DNA of 64,000 bases, taken from positions 16,182,001 through 16,246,000 of the forward strand of contig JBHGNT010000013.1 in NCBI GenBank assembly GCA_043228905.1, given 5' to 3'. Shown piece by piece: positions 1-11,732 of this stretch. This DNA is from Azolla caroliniana. Its lineage: Eukaryota > Plantae > Polypodiophyta. Numbering within the stretch: the first letter of the stretch is position 1; each line of letters opens with the position of its first letter. The position numbers and the translations under genes were made by a program. The notes below the pieces were generated by a model, which was not told the DNA's origin, searched no databases, and saw only the letters and a program-made list of their open reading frames with translations.

Positions 1-3000
1 GTGGAGGTTCGTTTCAATTTTGTCATAAGGGGGGATATCTTACCCGCCACTAAAATGTACCATTATAGGTTAGTATTTGCTTATTGCATTGGTAATGGAA
101 ACTATGGTGTAGTTTAAATAATAATAAATAAATAAAAAGTTGGAGCATATTTATATGGGATTCTCTAGGAGTTGTGTTGAGAGGGAAGGTTTTTAGATAG
201 ATAGATTTTATTGTCAACTTCCAATGTCAAATAATATGTTGAGAGAATAAGGTTGAAATAGTGGAGGAGGGTGTGTGTTGTGACGTATTAGTTATGGTAT
301 TATTGTGGTGAATACTAATAGTATTAGTATTAGTATTAGTGTGATTTGGTGGTGATGTTATTTATGATAACATTGACATCATTGAGGTGGTGGTTGTCTA
401 TGTCTACTTGGTCTTCATCGAGATGATCATTTGGTGGGGTGTAGGGCATAAGAAATCCCAATGATCAAACGTGAAAATCTATGGCCACTTGATTATGATT
501 CCATATAGAAGTTTCTTATTGGAAATGTTATGAGATACATGGACTACAAAAAACATGGTTAGTTTGTCAAGCCAAAGGGCTAACAAAGTAACAAGACTAG
601 ATATGCTCAGTGCTACTCATATGAAAGCATTGTTTTTCCCACATCCATAAGACATGATAAGTATAAATTAAATGCATAAACTAGTTGCACATTTATACGA
701 TCTTATGATTACAAATTAAATTTATGAACATGATGGGTCTTATATTTTAAGCTCATGTCTAAAATATGTTGGAGATTGAAAACCAATCGTTTTCATGATT
801 ACTGTATGGAGTAAAAGACATACATAACTCACGAAACTCTACTTTTTGATATATGGGTTCCAAGCAATGACTTCTCGTGCAGATACACGATACACGATAA
901 TGAGATGTAGATACATGATCGTTTCGAGATAATGCGATGTAGATACAGTATACACGATCTACATCATGGAGGTTGAATCCATAAACGAATGAGCGTTTTT
1001 CTTCTAGCCAACATTTTGCTAGCCCGGGTAGTACATACTCAATCATGAATTTGTGGTCATCATCCATGCAACTTTTCCTTTGTGTACGAGGCTAAGATAC
1101 GAGTCATGACATATCTACAGATCAACATCGTGCAAGTTAATATTTGTCACATTTCCACCTACTCATTAAATGTAACTCGAATGCGCACATCCATCTTATG
1201 TCATTCTCGCATTTTTGTGCAATTAAATGGCCCCTACCATTCACACAATTTTAGGCGGCTCAATAAATATTGCCATGAGAGTACATGTGTATCTTTCATT
1301 GCATGCCTTTCCATTGTCTAGACATTAAGGCACAACTAGTGTAGTTTCCATGTTTTCATTTGTAGAGTTGAATATTATCTCATCTAACTTTTAACGATCC
1401 TAAAGGTTATATATGGAATGAGAGATGATGAATGAATAGGTTTGGACATTATTATACTATACTAGTGAACTCAATGTAACATTTAAGGCACGATGTACGA
1501 GATGATTTGCACACGCGTGACCATTTTTACTGTGAAATTATCTATCTATGTTTACATGGATAATAATGTATATATTGACGCACATCTGCATGAATATATA
1601 TTTCTCAAAAGGTATAGATCGCATTGGCATGAACATTTATATCGTTATGTATTTACACACGTGCATACATCGCATATTGTACACACGCAAATGCACGACA
1701 TACATATAAATGTTGACATACTTTCATGTAATGTAGATATTAGAGCATTCTGTACCAGGAAAACTAATAATATATGAGATTGGCTATTTGGTTGCAGTTT
1801 AGATGAGCCACTTTCTTTGTAATTGGCCATTTATTAACACTAATACGAGCCCCCATAACTAGATAAAATAGGGTGCAAGTCATAGGGGTTGTAGGACAAT
1901 CCCTCTGTTTAATAGAGAAGGATTAGCAAGTTGAATGACATGGTATCTAGATGAAACTCTTTCTAACAACCACATAGATACAATGGAGCTCCCTAGAGCA
2001 AGGTGCCTCCATCGATAATCTCATTGACAGGATTCCATGAGACTATATAAAAGATCAGTAATCCTCTTTGTATTATTTACCAATAGTTGCTCTTATGTTA
2101 CATACCACATAGATCACTCCTAGATTACTCAGTACGCAAATCCCTTAGATTGCATACTTATTATCATCCTTACCATCATTATAATTCTTGCCCATGTTTC
2201 CTATAAGAGTGGCCTTACATTTGCATTTGTAATGTATTGTGTTCTATGCTTTTCCAAGGAGCCAACCTTATGCTAAAGAATGTAGTGCTTGATTATTAAT
2301 TCTAAACCCTTGATAAAAGTGGTATTGGGAACATGAGCGTACAAAGAAACATGCATATCTCGCATTTCTTAGGAGTCCTCAATGGTTTTACCAAACTCAC
2401 CAAAAACTAAAAATGTCTGCATAGGAGGGTTCAAGTATTCAAAATAAATATATCGAAGATTTACTCATGTCTATTGTTGCTTTACAAGGGAGTGCTACCC
2501 AAGCCAATCACTTGAAATGAATATATGGAAAGGTAGTGATTATATATATAGTTAATTTTGCCTTGACAAGGGAGTGTTGCCTAAGGGACTCAAAAGATAT
2601 TGCTTTTACATGTAGACCACGGTTTAGGTGGATAAACATCCATTCTTCAGAAAAGCATAAATTTGCGGTCATGCTCACATGAGGCCATGTTTTATTTATC
2701 ATTGATGCAGCATGCATACAACTTAGAGCAAAGCTGCATCTATTTACAACACTCATTAGACCATCAAAGCTACTAATTAGTACCTTGAAATGTGTGGAAA
2801 ATTCAGAAAATTTCACTCGAGAATCAAGATGCAATAAGACTTGGTCCATAGAGGGTGGTATGAGAAGTTATATGTGATAACCCATGTATAAGAAGGTAAT
2901 TAAAGCCTTCCTATAAAAAACAAACACACATATGGAGATGTCCTTGTCTTGAAGGATCTCAAAATGTACACATGTAGTGAGAATGGCAATTTTAAACTTG

Positions 3001-5296
3001 CTTAGAAAGTGATATTGGAAATATTGTAGTGACCCTTTTTTTTTAAACACACAAATAATACAAAACAATTGACGACATCAACATTGAATCATATTAAAAC
3101 CTTCTCAAATAAATCTACCTTCATTATTCCCACAATCAAACAGTAACACTCTTGTTTCCGTGCTCCATAAACACAATTGATGCATGCTAAGTTGTTGTGA
3201 TGAGTTACATACGTAGAAGAATGGTTTGGTTCACCTCATTGCACTTTCTCATTATGTTTGATCATGTTTAATTGATGTCATATTATTCATTGTTAGTAGT
3301 ACTTAAGTTCACTTACAGAGTACACCTTTTGAAAGGTAACATGCACAATCCTTTACGAAAAAAGGACCTTCGTACCCTTTTCACACATTGGGCTGAATAA
3401 ACTCTTTTGCTTTGCTGAAAACATAGCCACATTGCATTAATTAGGAGCATACAACACAACAAGTATTAACTATGAACTCTTGGGAATAAAATTAGTAAAG
3501 TAAAGAGAGTAAGTTAATGAAGAGCTCTAGGCAATTGTAATTGATGAATCCTTTGACATGAGTAACATTGAATGCTTAATGGATAATTATGTTCTTAAAC
3601 ATAATTTAAGTAAACAAGCATTTATGGTGTTCTAGATATCTAGAATAAGTTGAAAGATAACTTTCTCTAGTGCTATTTGTATTAGTTGAAGATTGATCAT
3701 GTGCTCTGACATTGCATCCCTTGTAGTGGCCATCTTACTCAAAGAGGCTACAAAGAGCCAAAATCTTTATGCCATTATTGATCATATTCTCAAATATTCC
3801 AAAATTGGTTCTTGTATCTAGATGCCACTTGAACATCCCCATCATCGGACTTGATAGCAAAAGGCCCGACTCACACATGGGACACAAGATACTCATTGCA
3901 TGTATGTATGTGTATATCTCAAATAGGTTGTATTCAAATTGGTTGGAGATAAGTGCAGAAATGTAATCATTTTTACAATGATGAAGAATTCCAAGCTAGA
4001 AATCAGTTCAATAGTACCATCTACTGACAGTCTACAATTGGTTACATACATTTATGCTTATCATGGCCCATATAAATTTTGTACCGGTCATAAAAAAAAA
4101 ATGTGCGCCATGCTACAATTCTCAATACGTGGGGGTACGTAAACATCCAACAATCGACGTACATCCGACCCCAACTGAAATGTGGCCAGACGGTGGATAA
4201 TAAGTTGTGGTTCCGTTGTGGTGGTAAGTGGGTGTTCGTTATCAACAAGGAGTTCGTATAAGAAAAGTTCCCCTCCATCCTTGGTCTCTTCTCTTCTTGC
4301 ATTGCTTATTAGTGCAGCATACTCATTGCATTTGGAGTGGCTATACACACATACATTATATGTACATATATCATATATGTATATATACACGCACACACGC
4401 ATAATATATATATGATATAATGATATGTATATATATATATATTATGAGATATATCATATATGTATGTATGTATAATATATATGTGTGTAAGAGAATTTAG
4501 TAAGTTGGGGGATCTATTTAGATGGCTTTTGGGAATCCTAAAAAGGTTAGATGGGCCTAGCTATTTAGGGAAAGCAATACTAGATTTGGGTGGGGGGGGA
4601 TATTCTACGTTGTGTTGCATCATGCATGCATTAATTTGAGCTAAAATAATATATGTTAAAGTAAGATGGGGGGGGGGGGGGGGGTAAAAAAGAAAGGGTG
4701 ACGAAAAAAATGAAATCATAAAAGCGAGCGATCTCGTTCTTAAAATGATATTTTATTAAAAATAAAAAGATATATATACATATATCATATATGTATGTAT
4801 ATAATATATATATATATATTAATAAAAGAGAAACATATCATCTTGTATACGTATATACGCGAGCGAGTGTGTATACGCATACGGCGGGGGTGAATGTAGA
4901 AACACATACACGGGCAGTAAATGAGTAGTAAATTACCGTCTGTAGACTGTATATATACGTGGTGCGTATTTCTCTTCTTCTTTTCTTTCTTTTTTTCTAT
5001 ACGTATCCTTCCTCAAGCCGTCGCCAGCCAGGCCCCGGGCGAGAAAGAAAGAAAGATTATATTAACTAACGTCTTCTTCTAAGGCCAAATTTTGGCCCAC
5101 GAGACAAATTGTTGTACAACAACCAAAAAAAGAAAGAAAGGCATTATTTACCCCATTAACAAAAAAGAAGAAGGGATATTTACCCATTCATCGAAAGAAA
5201 TAAAATAAATAGAGCTTAATTTAAATAGTACTATGTTCTATATAATAAAATGAAAAAACATGTTCTACAATATGAAAATCGCTCTTTTTTTTTTCC

Positions 5297-6171
5297 TTTT
5301 ATATATATATAGCCTTTTTCATTTTGTGGCCGAAAATCGGCGCTTTGATTTTTGGCGGTAGCCTTGGGGTCGGGCGACCGGCAATAGCCGGTGAGAAGCG
5401 CCTTCTTAAAACCCCTCCCCCCCCCTATGCACCGTCTCTTTCTGCTTCCTTTCCTTCCTCTGCGTCTGTGTGTCGTGAAGCTTTCCATTACATCTCTGCT
5501 CTTCTTCTTCTTCTTCTTCCTTCTTCTTCTTCTTTCCTCTGCGTCTGTGTGTCGTGAAGCTTTCCATTACATCTCTGCTCTTCTTCTTCTTCTTTTTCTT
5601 CTTCTTCTTCTTCTTCTTCTTCTTCTCTCAGTCCAAGTCTGTGTGCAGAACCAACCACTCTTCTGCCATTCCTTCCTTCTTCCTGACGAAGAAACAATAC
5701 CATCAAAACCCTAAACCTTGCTCGTCTTCTCCATCAGCAGGCACAAAATAGAAGAATGAAAGAAAGAAGGAAGGAAGAATGAAAGATTACTACTCCCTTC
5801 TATTATAGGATAACGCGATGAACCTTCCTCTGAATCTCTGCATGGGCCCCCGCCTTCTTCTGATTTAGTTCTCCACCTTCTTCTGTTATCATCCCCCCCC
5901 CCCCTGGGATTCCTTCTTCACCTTCTTCCATTACAGCTCGCGTTTCCCATTTTCCTTCAACCCCGCCCTGCATGTCATGGTACCTCAGTTTTTTTTTTTT
6001 TAACTCTTTCATCGCCTCCATTCTCTGACAGCGAAGAGCTGCACCTTTAGTATTATTAGCCACTATGATCCTTCCTTTCGCCTTAATCCTGCGCCATCTC
6101 GCCATAGCTTAATCTCCTCAGGGCTTGCAAAGAAATTCAGAGCTTTTGTTCACATACCTACTTACGGCAGA
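5297..6171 (+). promoter_or_regulatory. Putative TATA region and long pyrimidine-rich 5' leader of the CRF gene, with several uORFs and a telo-box
   Basis: TATATA run at ~5299-5311; (CTT)n tracts; AAACCCTAA at ~5707-5715; ATG-initiated short ORFs at 5818-5868, 5972-6028 and 6065-6112. The transcription start is not known. Confidence 0.45.
5455..5592 (+). repeat. Tandem duplication (~79-bp period) upstream of the CRF CDS
   Basis: TTCCTCTGCGTCTGTGTGTCGTGAAGCTTTCCATTACATCTCTGCTCTTCTTCTTC occurs at 5455 and 5534, each copy followed by (CTT)n. Confidence 0.9.
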
Positions 6172-7626
6172 ATGCCGTCTGATTCGTTCAAAAGCTTCAG
6201 ATCAAACTCTTCGAGTAAGAACGCGAAGCAACCAATCAGGAGATGCGTGGGAGCAGCAGCTGCTTCTTCTTCTTCATCAGATTCAGAGTCAGACGCAGAC
6301 ATGAAATCGCCGCCTTCGAAGAGGAAGAAGCCATTGACGATATGGAAGAAAAAGATCCGTGTAATATGCACAGATCCTGATGCCACAGAATCGTCGAGCA
6401 ATGAAGAAGAAGATGTAATCTTCCCCAAGCGGCTCGTCAGAGAGATTCTGATACCCTCTGACTGTTGTGCTTTTCCATCAATGCCTGAAAGATCAGACAG
6501 TGATAGATTATATAGCAGCAATGGCATAAATTATTTGCAGGCAAAAACTGAAGGAAACTCAGCCTGCGCGAGGAAAGAAGAGAGCTCAGTTTGCAAGAGC
6601 CCCGACAAGGACAAGAATACGATGGCGATGGCGGATTGTACGAAGAAAAGCAGCAGTAGAAGGGCTAATGCACATAAGCTTTCCTCCTCCTCCAGTAAGT
6701 GCAATGGTGCGAGGCAAAGACAGAGAAGGAAATGGTCTGCAGAGATCCGTGATCCACGTAAAGGAATCCGAATATGGCTGGGAACTTGCTATAGCTTCGA
6801 AGAGGCTGCGAAGCCATACGATTCTGCTTCGAGAAAGATCAACTGCTGTCTAAAGTCCCAAGAGGAAATTCTACCTGATTCTGAACTATCGCCATACCCT
6901 TGCAATGCCCATGCTTCCTCGGTCCGTCTCTCCCATAGCAAAGATGCAGACAATGGTAGCTTCTTGGATTGCCCCAATGAAGAAGAAGATTTTCGTCCTT
7001 TCAAATCATCATCTCTCAAAGAGAACATGACGCCCTTCTCATCCTGCTATTCGGGTTTCGGTTCGTTGTCTCCTTCATCTGTGCTGGAAAATGCCGCCCC
7101 AGATGATTGCCAATCACCCAACTTCCTTAACGCAGATCAAAGTAAGTGAAACACTTTGTTTCTGTTAATTGAACTCTTTTTACTATTTCATTTCCTCTCT
7201 CTAGAGCCCAAATTTTGGATTAGGTCCTAAGTGCCCCTTCTAACTACATTTTCAGAGGTATCCTACTGTGCCGATGCTTACATCGATGAATCTTCCGCTG
7301 ATTCAACTGGCTTGCAATCTGATCTTGTCACTAGCAATATGGTCGACCAGATTATGGCGAATAGTGGGATGATGCATTCTCAGCTTAAGCTTGATAGCAG
7401 CACCTTCCCAGCTGGATCTAATTCATTGTTATCCACAAGCTCTTATCCTTTGCTCGAAGAATCTCAGTACTACAGTGATTTCAGTCAGATTTTCAACGTC
7501 GGCAGATCAGATAGTGAACCTTTGGATCATCTGGATGTGGATATCTTTGCAAACGACGGGTTCAGTGATGTGGACTTTGATAATGAGACGGAAACTCTGG
7601 CATGGATAAATGTAACTGAAGTCTGA
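6172..7626 (+). CDS. CRF: Cytokinin-response-factor-like AP2/ERF transcription factor (2 exons: 6172-7141, 7256-7626)
   Basis: CRF domain [17 protein letters not shown]; AP2-like domain [27 protein letters not shown]...EEAAKPYD; SPSSVL motif typical of CRFs. The phase-1 intron 7142-7255 (GTAAGT...TTTCAG) joins in frame to an acidic C-terminus ending TGA at 7626. Confidence 0.85.
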
Positions 7627-10464
7627 GAGAAGTGGGGGGAAGGGGATGAAAAAACCTTGGGAAGTAGAAGAAGAAGAAGAAGAAGAGATCTTCTTGTTTC
7701 TCCTTAATTAATCAATTTGTTATTATTATTATGTACAAACCAGATTAGCTTGGGATTTTTTTCAGGGCTATTGTCAATTTTATATGCATGCCAATGCAAG
7801 TGGTCAATTTTTTTTGTTCTTCTTAGGTCCCATCTATCTATCAACATTACATGCATGCATGAACACATTATAGTTGGGTTTTTGTTTCCTTCTTTTTCCT
7901 TTTTTACTTTCCTCTATAGCAATTCTTTTCATTAATTCTGAAGACCCTTCCTCCTCCGCCCTTTCTTCTATGGTAACAAAAAAGACAGATCCTTTGTAAA
8001 AAAAGAAAAAATAACGGAAAAAAAGCTTTTTTGTTGTTTGAGCATATGAAATGTAAAGCGTCTTTATTTTATATATAGTCTTAATTGAATGGCAAAATTC
8101 TGGCTCTTGGTTAAAGAGAGAAACAGCTCTCTCTTATTCTTCTGCTCTGCAGGAAGCCTTTCCTCAAGTGTATGTATATATTCTACGTTAATATGGTTCT
8201 CTTTATTTTGTATTGAAACTCTTGTATCTTTCTCGTGCATAAAGCCTTTCCTCTGGTATCTCTGCTATGAAGCTTTTCCTCCACATCAAAGATTTCTCGT
8301 TGCCTTCTGTAATGAATGAAACTGTGTTGTATTATGTGAACAAGTACTTTTCTGGCTAGTTTTCTCTACCTGGGATTATCTTGGAAATTGTCTTTAAATG
8401 GGGTGTGATTGAATCAATGTATTGTCTTCTGTAATAGGCGGGGTTATAGTCTATCTTCCAAATAATCCAAAAACTGTGTGGCCAAAATCCCTATGAAAGA
8501 CAAACCTGGAAAATGGTTGTTCACAGGTGGTATTGTTAGGGTTTTAGTGGTTCTAGTACAAATTGATTCTTTATTATTTCTGCATGATGCAATAGATGGT
8601 TTTGCTTCTAGAAATTGTGGTTTACAGGATTCTGTTTTAGTGGTTCTTAGTACAAAGTGTTCCTTTATGATTTCTTCATAATGCAATTGAGGGTTTTGCT
8701 TCTATTGTAGAATCAAGGAACTGTATCCATTGCTTCTCATACGTAACGAAATTTTGTTTTAATTTGCGTTTAAAAAAATGGTTGGCTGTTTCTATTGCCC
8801 AAATTTTACTTGAAATTTAGTGATTGTATCATGCACACGATGATTTTTTGCTTTTGATTTTTTGGTGGTTTCTGTTGCCAAAATCCATTGAATTTTTTAG
8901 TAATGCGTTGTTTCAGTTTTTTTCCTCTCAAAGTGTTGAATCAGAGGAAAGCATATATTGATTTTACTTGACATATATCATCATCATCATCCAGGAAACC
9001 CTAGTGGGCTAGATAAACATCCACCCAAATGTGAGTCAACACTAGAAATGTCTATAAAATACCCACTAGAGTATATATTCAATTGGTTCTAGGTTTGGTG
9101 CAGTAAAAAAAAACACCATTTTATTAGGGTAGGGTTTTGCAGTTTGTTTTGTGGAGTGAGGTAGATATAGTGGGGGTATGTGGACCGTTTTTAGTTATGG
9201 ATTGAAGAAAAAAGTACTGGCTTCTTGTTTTGAAATTTGGGGGATGCTAAAATCATCCCTTTTATAGACAATCTATCTACCTATATATAGAGAGATTAAG
9301 TGGGATAGGGTTTCTAAGCGTGTGTGTGGGGTAATGCCTTATGAGTTGATATAACAATGGCAATGGCTTCTTGTTGAACTGATTTTGTGTGTGGTAAGGA
9401 GACATAAGAAGAACTTACCTATTTTTAGTGTTCATCTCAAGTCAGGGATCCCTACACGCACGCCCATGCAGTGGCTTTTACTGAACCAACCAATACCGCC
9501 AAACCTTGGCAAAATACACATAGTTTCTTGTTAGATCCCTTGATAAAATTTTAGGGGTTGAGGGGGGGGGGGGGGGGGGTGGAAATTGATTATGAGTTTG
9601 GATGATACTTTGGGTTGTGTTTGAAGGGAAGAATTATGATCGAGACATCATCACGAGGTTTTACCTTGATGCAATTCTTGTTATTAATGCAACCATGATG
9701 TGATTCACGAGGTTTGGCTTGATGCAACATTGCTATAATTTGACCTTGATGATGTGCCGTTAGGATTTGATATGGTAACATATTTCTCATTCTATTGTGA
9801 CCTTTCCCCGACATCTTAGTATTGGGAAGAGGCTAAAGTTCCCATACCAAGAAACAAAAATAAAAATCATTAAAAAGTGAGATGCATAGGGATTGATTGG
9901 GCAAAAAGTCAACTATGTTTGAGGTTTAGGAGCATGAAGTTTACATTGATGCTATATGATGATTTGACATCATCCATATAAGAAACATATTGACATTTGT
10001 ATTGCGTTGCGGGGGGGGGGGGGGGGGGGGGGGGGTCTACTTCCTCTTAGGAAACAACGCACATGTCGCCTTGGCCCCTCATAGTGTCTAGAAAAGTGAA
10101 CTGATCACAAAGATAACGTTACCTTAAGATGGAATTAAACTAATGTCCTCGACAACTTTTTGTGTGTGCGCAATGTTTGGATGTGCATGAAATGAAAAGA
10201 GTAAATTATTTTCCAACACTTACTTTGATTGTCAAGTTGTTGCATGATTGTGTGAGTACACACAAATTTCTCATTTATGCTAGTTCTCGTATGTTAACAC
10301 CAACATTGTCATGTTGTCTACACGATGGTTCTAAGATGAGGTGAAAACATAAGGAGAGGTGCTAAATGTGTGTAGACGTGTATTGATTCCCAAGGCATTT
10401 GAAGATTGTAAGACATATTTGCGGGGTAAACTTGCATGTTTAATATAGTGCAATTGTGCTTCAT

Positions 10465-10672
10465 TCCAATTGGTTCATTTGCGTGTTTGACATAGTCTTA
10501 TGTGAAAGGCATGCACCAAACTATGCATATCACCTACAACATAAGAAAATTTTAGTTCACCATCACGATACATATACTCCAATTGGGTTCATTTGATCTA
10601 GTCTTATGTGAAAGGCATGCACCAAAGTACGCACATCACCTTAAACCTAATAAAAAATTAGTTCATTATCAC
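10465..10672. repeat. Diverged direct repeat (~100-bp units)
   Basis: TCCAATTGG...TAGTCTTATGTGAAAGGCATGCACCAAA...TAGTTCA occurs at ~10465 and ~10578. Confidence 0.75.
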
Positions 10673-11732
10673 ATTTAGTGTTTGGTTATTGTAGAGCAAT
10701 CATAGAAAATTCATACTCGATTATCTTCCTTTCTTATCGACGCACACCCACACTCATATCTATTTAGGCCACTCATGTGGTTCCTCAATTACCAGCAATT
10801 GCATGTATTTTGATATAGGCCACAATTCGTCTTATATCTATTTGCACCTTTGAAGTGGTTCCCCCTTATTGCCAACAATTGCCTGCACTTTTATACATGT
10901 CAGGCTTTGGGACCCATGTTCGGGGCAATTATTTATTTTTGTTTTAGCAAACTTCTTTTCGTGCATGAAACAATCACAAATTACGAGGAAATACCACAAA
11001 TTTGTATGAATTCAATAGAAGTTGTAGACATTCTACTATTCCCCCCCCCCATTATTTATACCTTAAACCAATAACTTTAGATTTCATACCACATTTTTTA
11101 GTTCTCAGCATAATGATATTAGCATGGTTCCCAATCTGCCAAGTTGCCAACCCACACTCTTATAAGTTATCCCTCGCTTATTTTTTTAAACCTCCCATAT
11201 TAGGGAGAATAGGCTGCCTATTCCCAATAATTAGGCTATGAGTCATGACGTGTTAGGACTACCATGCACAACCCACAATAAGAGTTGAGGTGAATAAAAA
11301 CAACGTTGTTCGAATCATACATAAACTTTGATGCTTTGATGATTTTCTCTTGTGCAAGCTTGCAACCATGGTTGATGTTGAAAATGTAGTTGAGCATTTA
11401 GTATAATGTTTAGGTGTCTTTGAGCATGCATTAAACACGTGTTGTATTTCAAACACCGCCCAATGTTACTCGAACGTACATTATTGATGTTGAAGTTAAA
11501 GTTGAGCATTTAGTATTGTGCAGGTACAAGATCTTTGGGTGTCCCTTGGTATGCATTAGGTTCAATACCTTCACTATTACGCAAAATAATGAGGTATGAT
11601 GCAAAATACTTCTAATATATGCATTCCCTTATTATTCAAACCTAATTGGTTGGAATTTTTGATTCACTTGTAGCCTAAGTGAATAAACATCAAAGAGTTC
11701 GAATTCTCATTGGAGATGAATATTAACTAGCA

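Noticed and set aside
1890-2219. Solo LTR (TGTAGG...CCTTACA with an internal TATA)
   Set aside because: No matching TSD and no second copy in the window.
2260-3780. Degenerate transposon-associated coding sequence (possibly Ulp1-like) on the minus strand
   Set aside because: Only faint motif resemblance with many stops; not assignable without a search.
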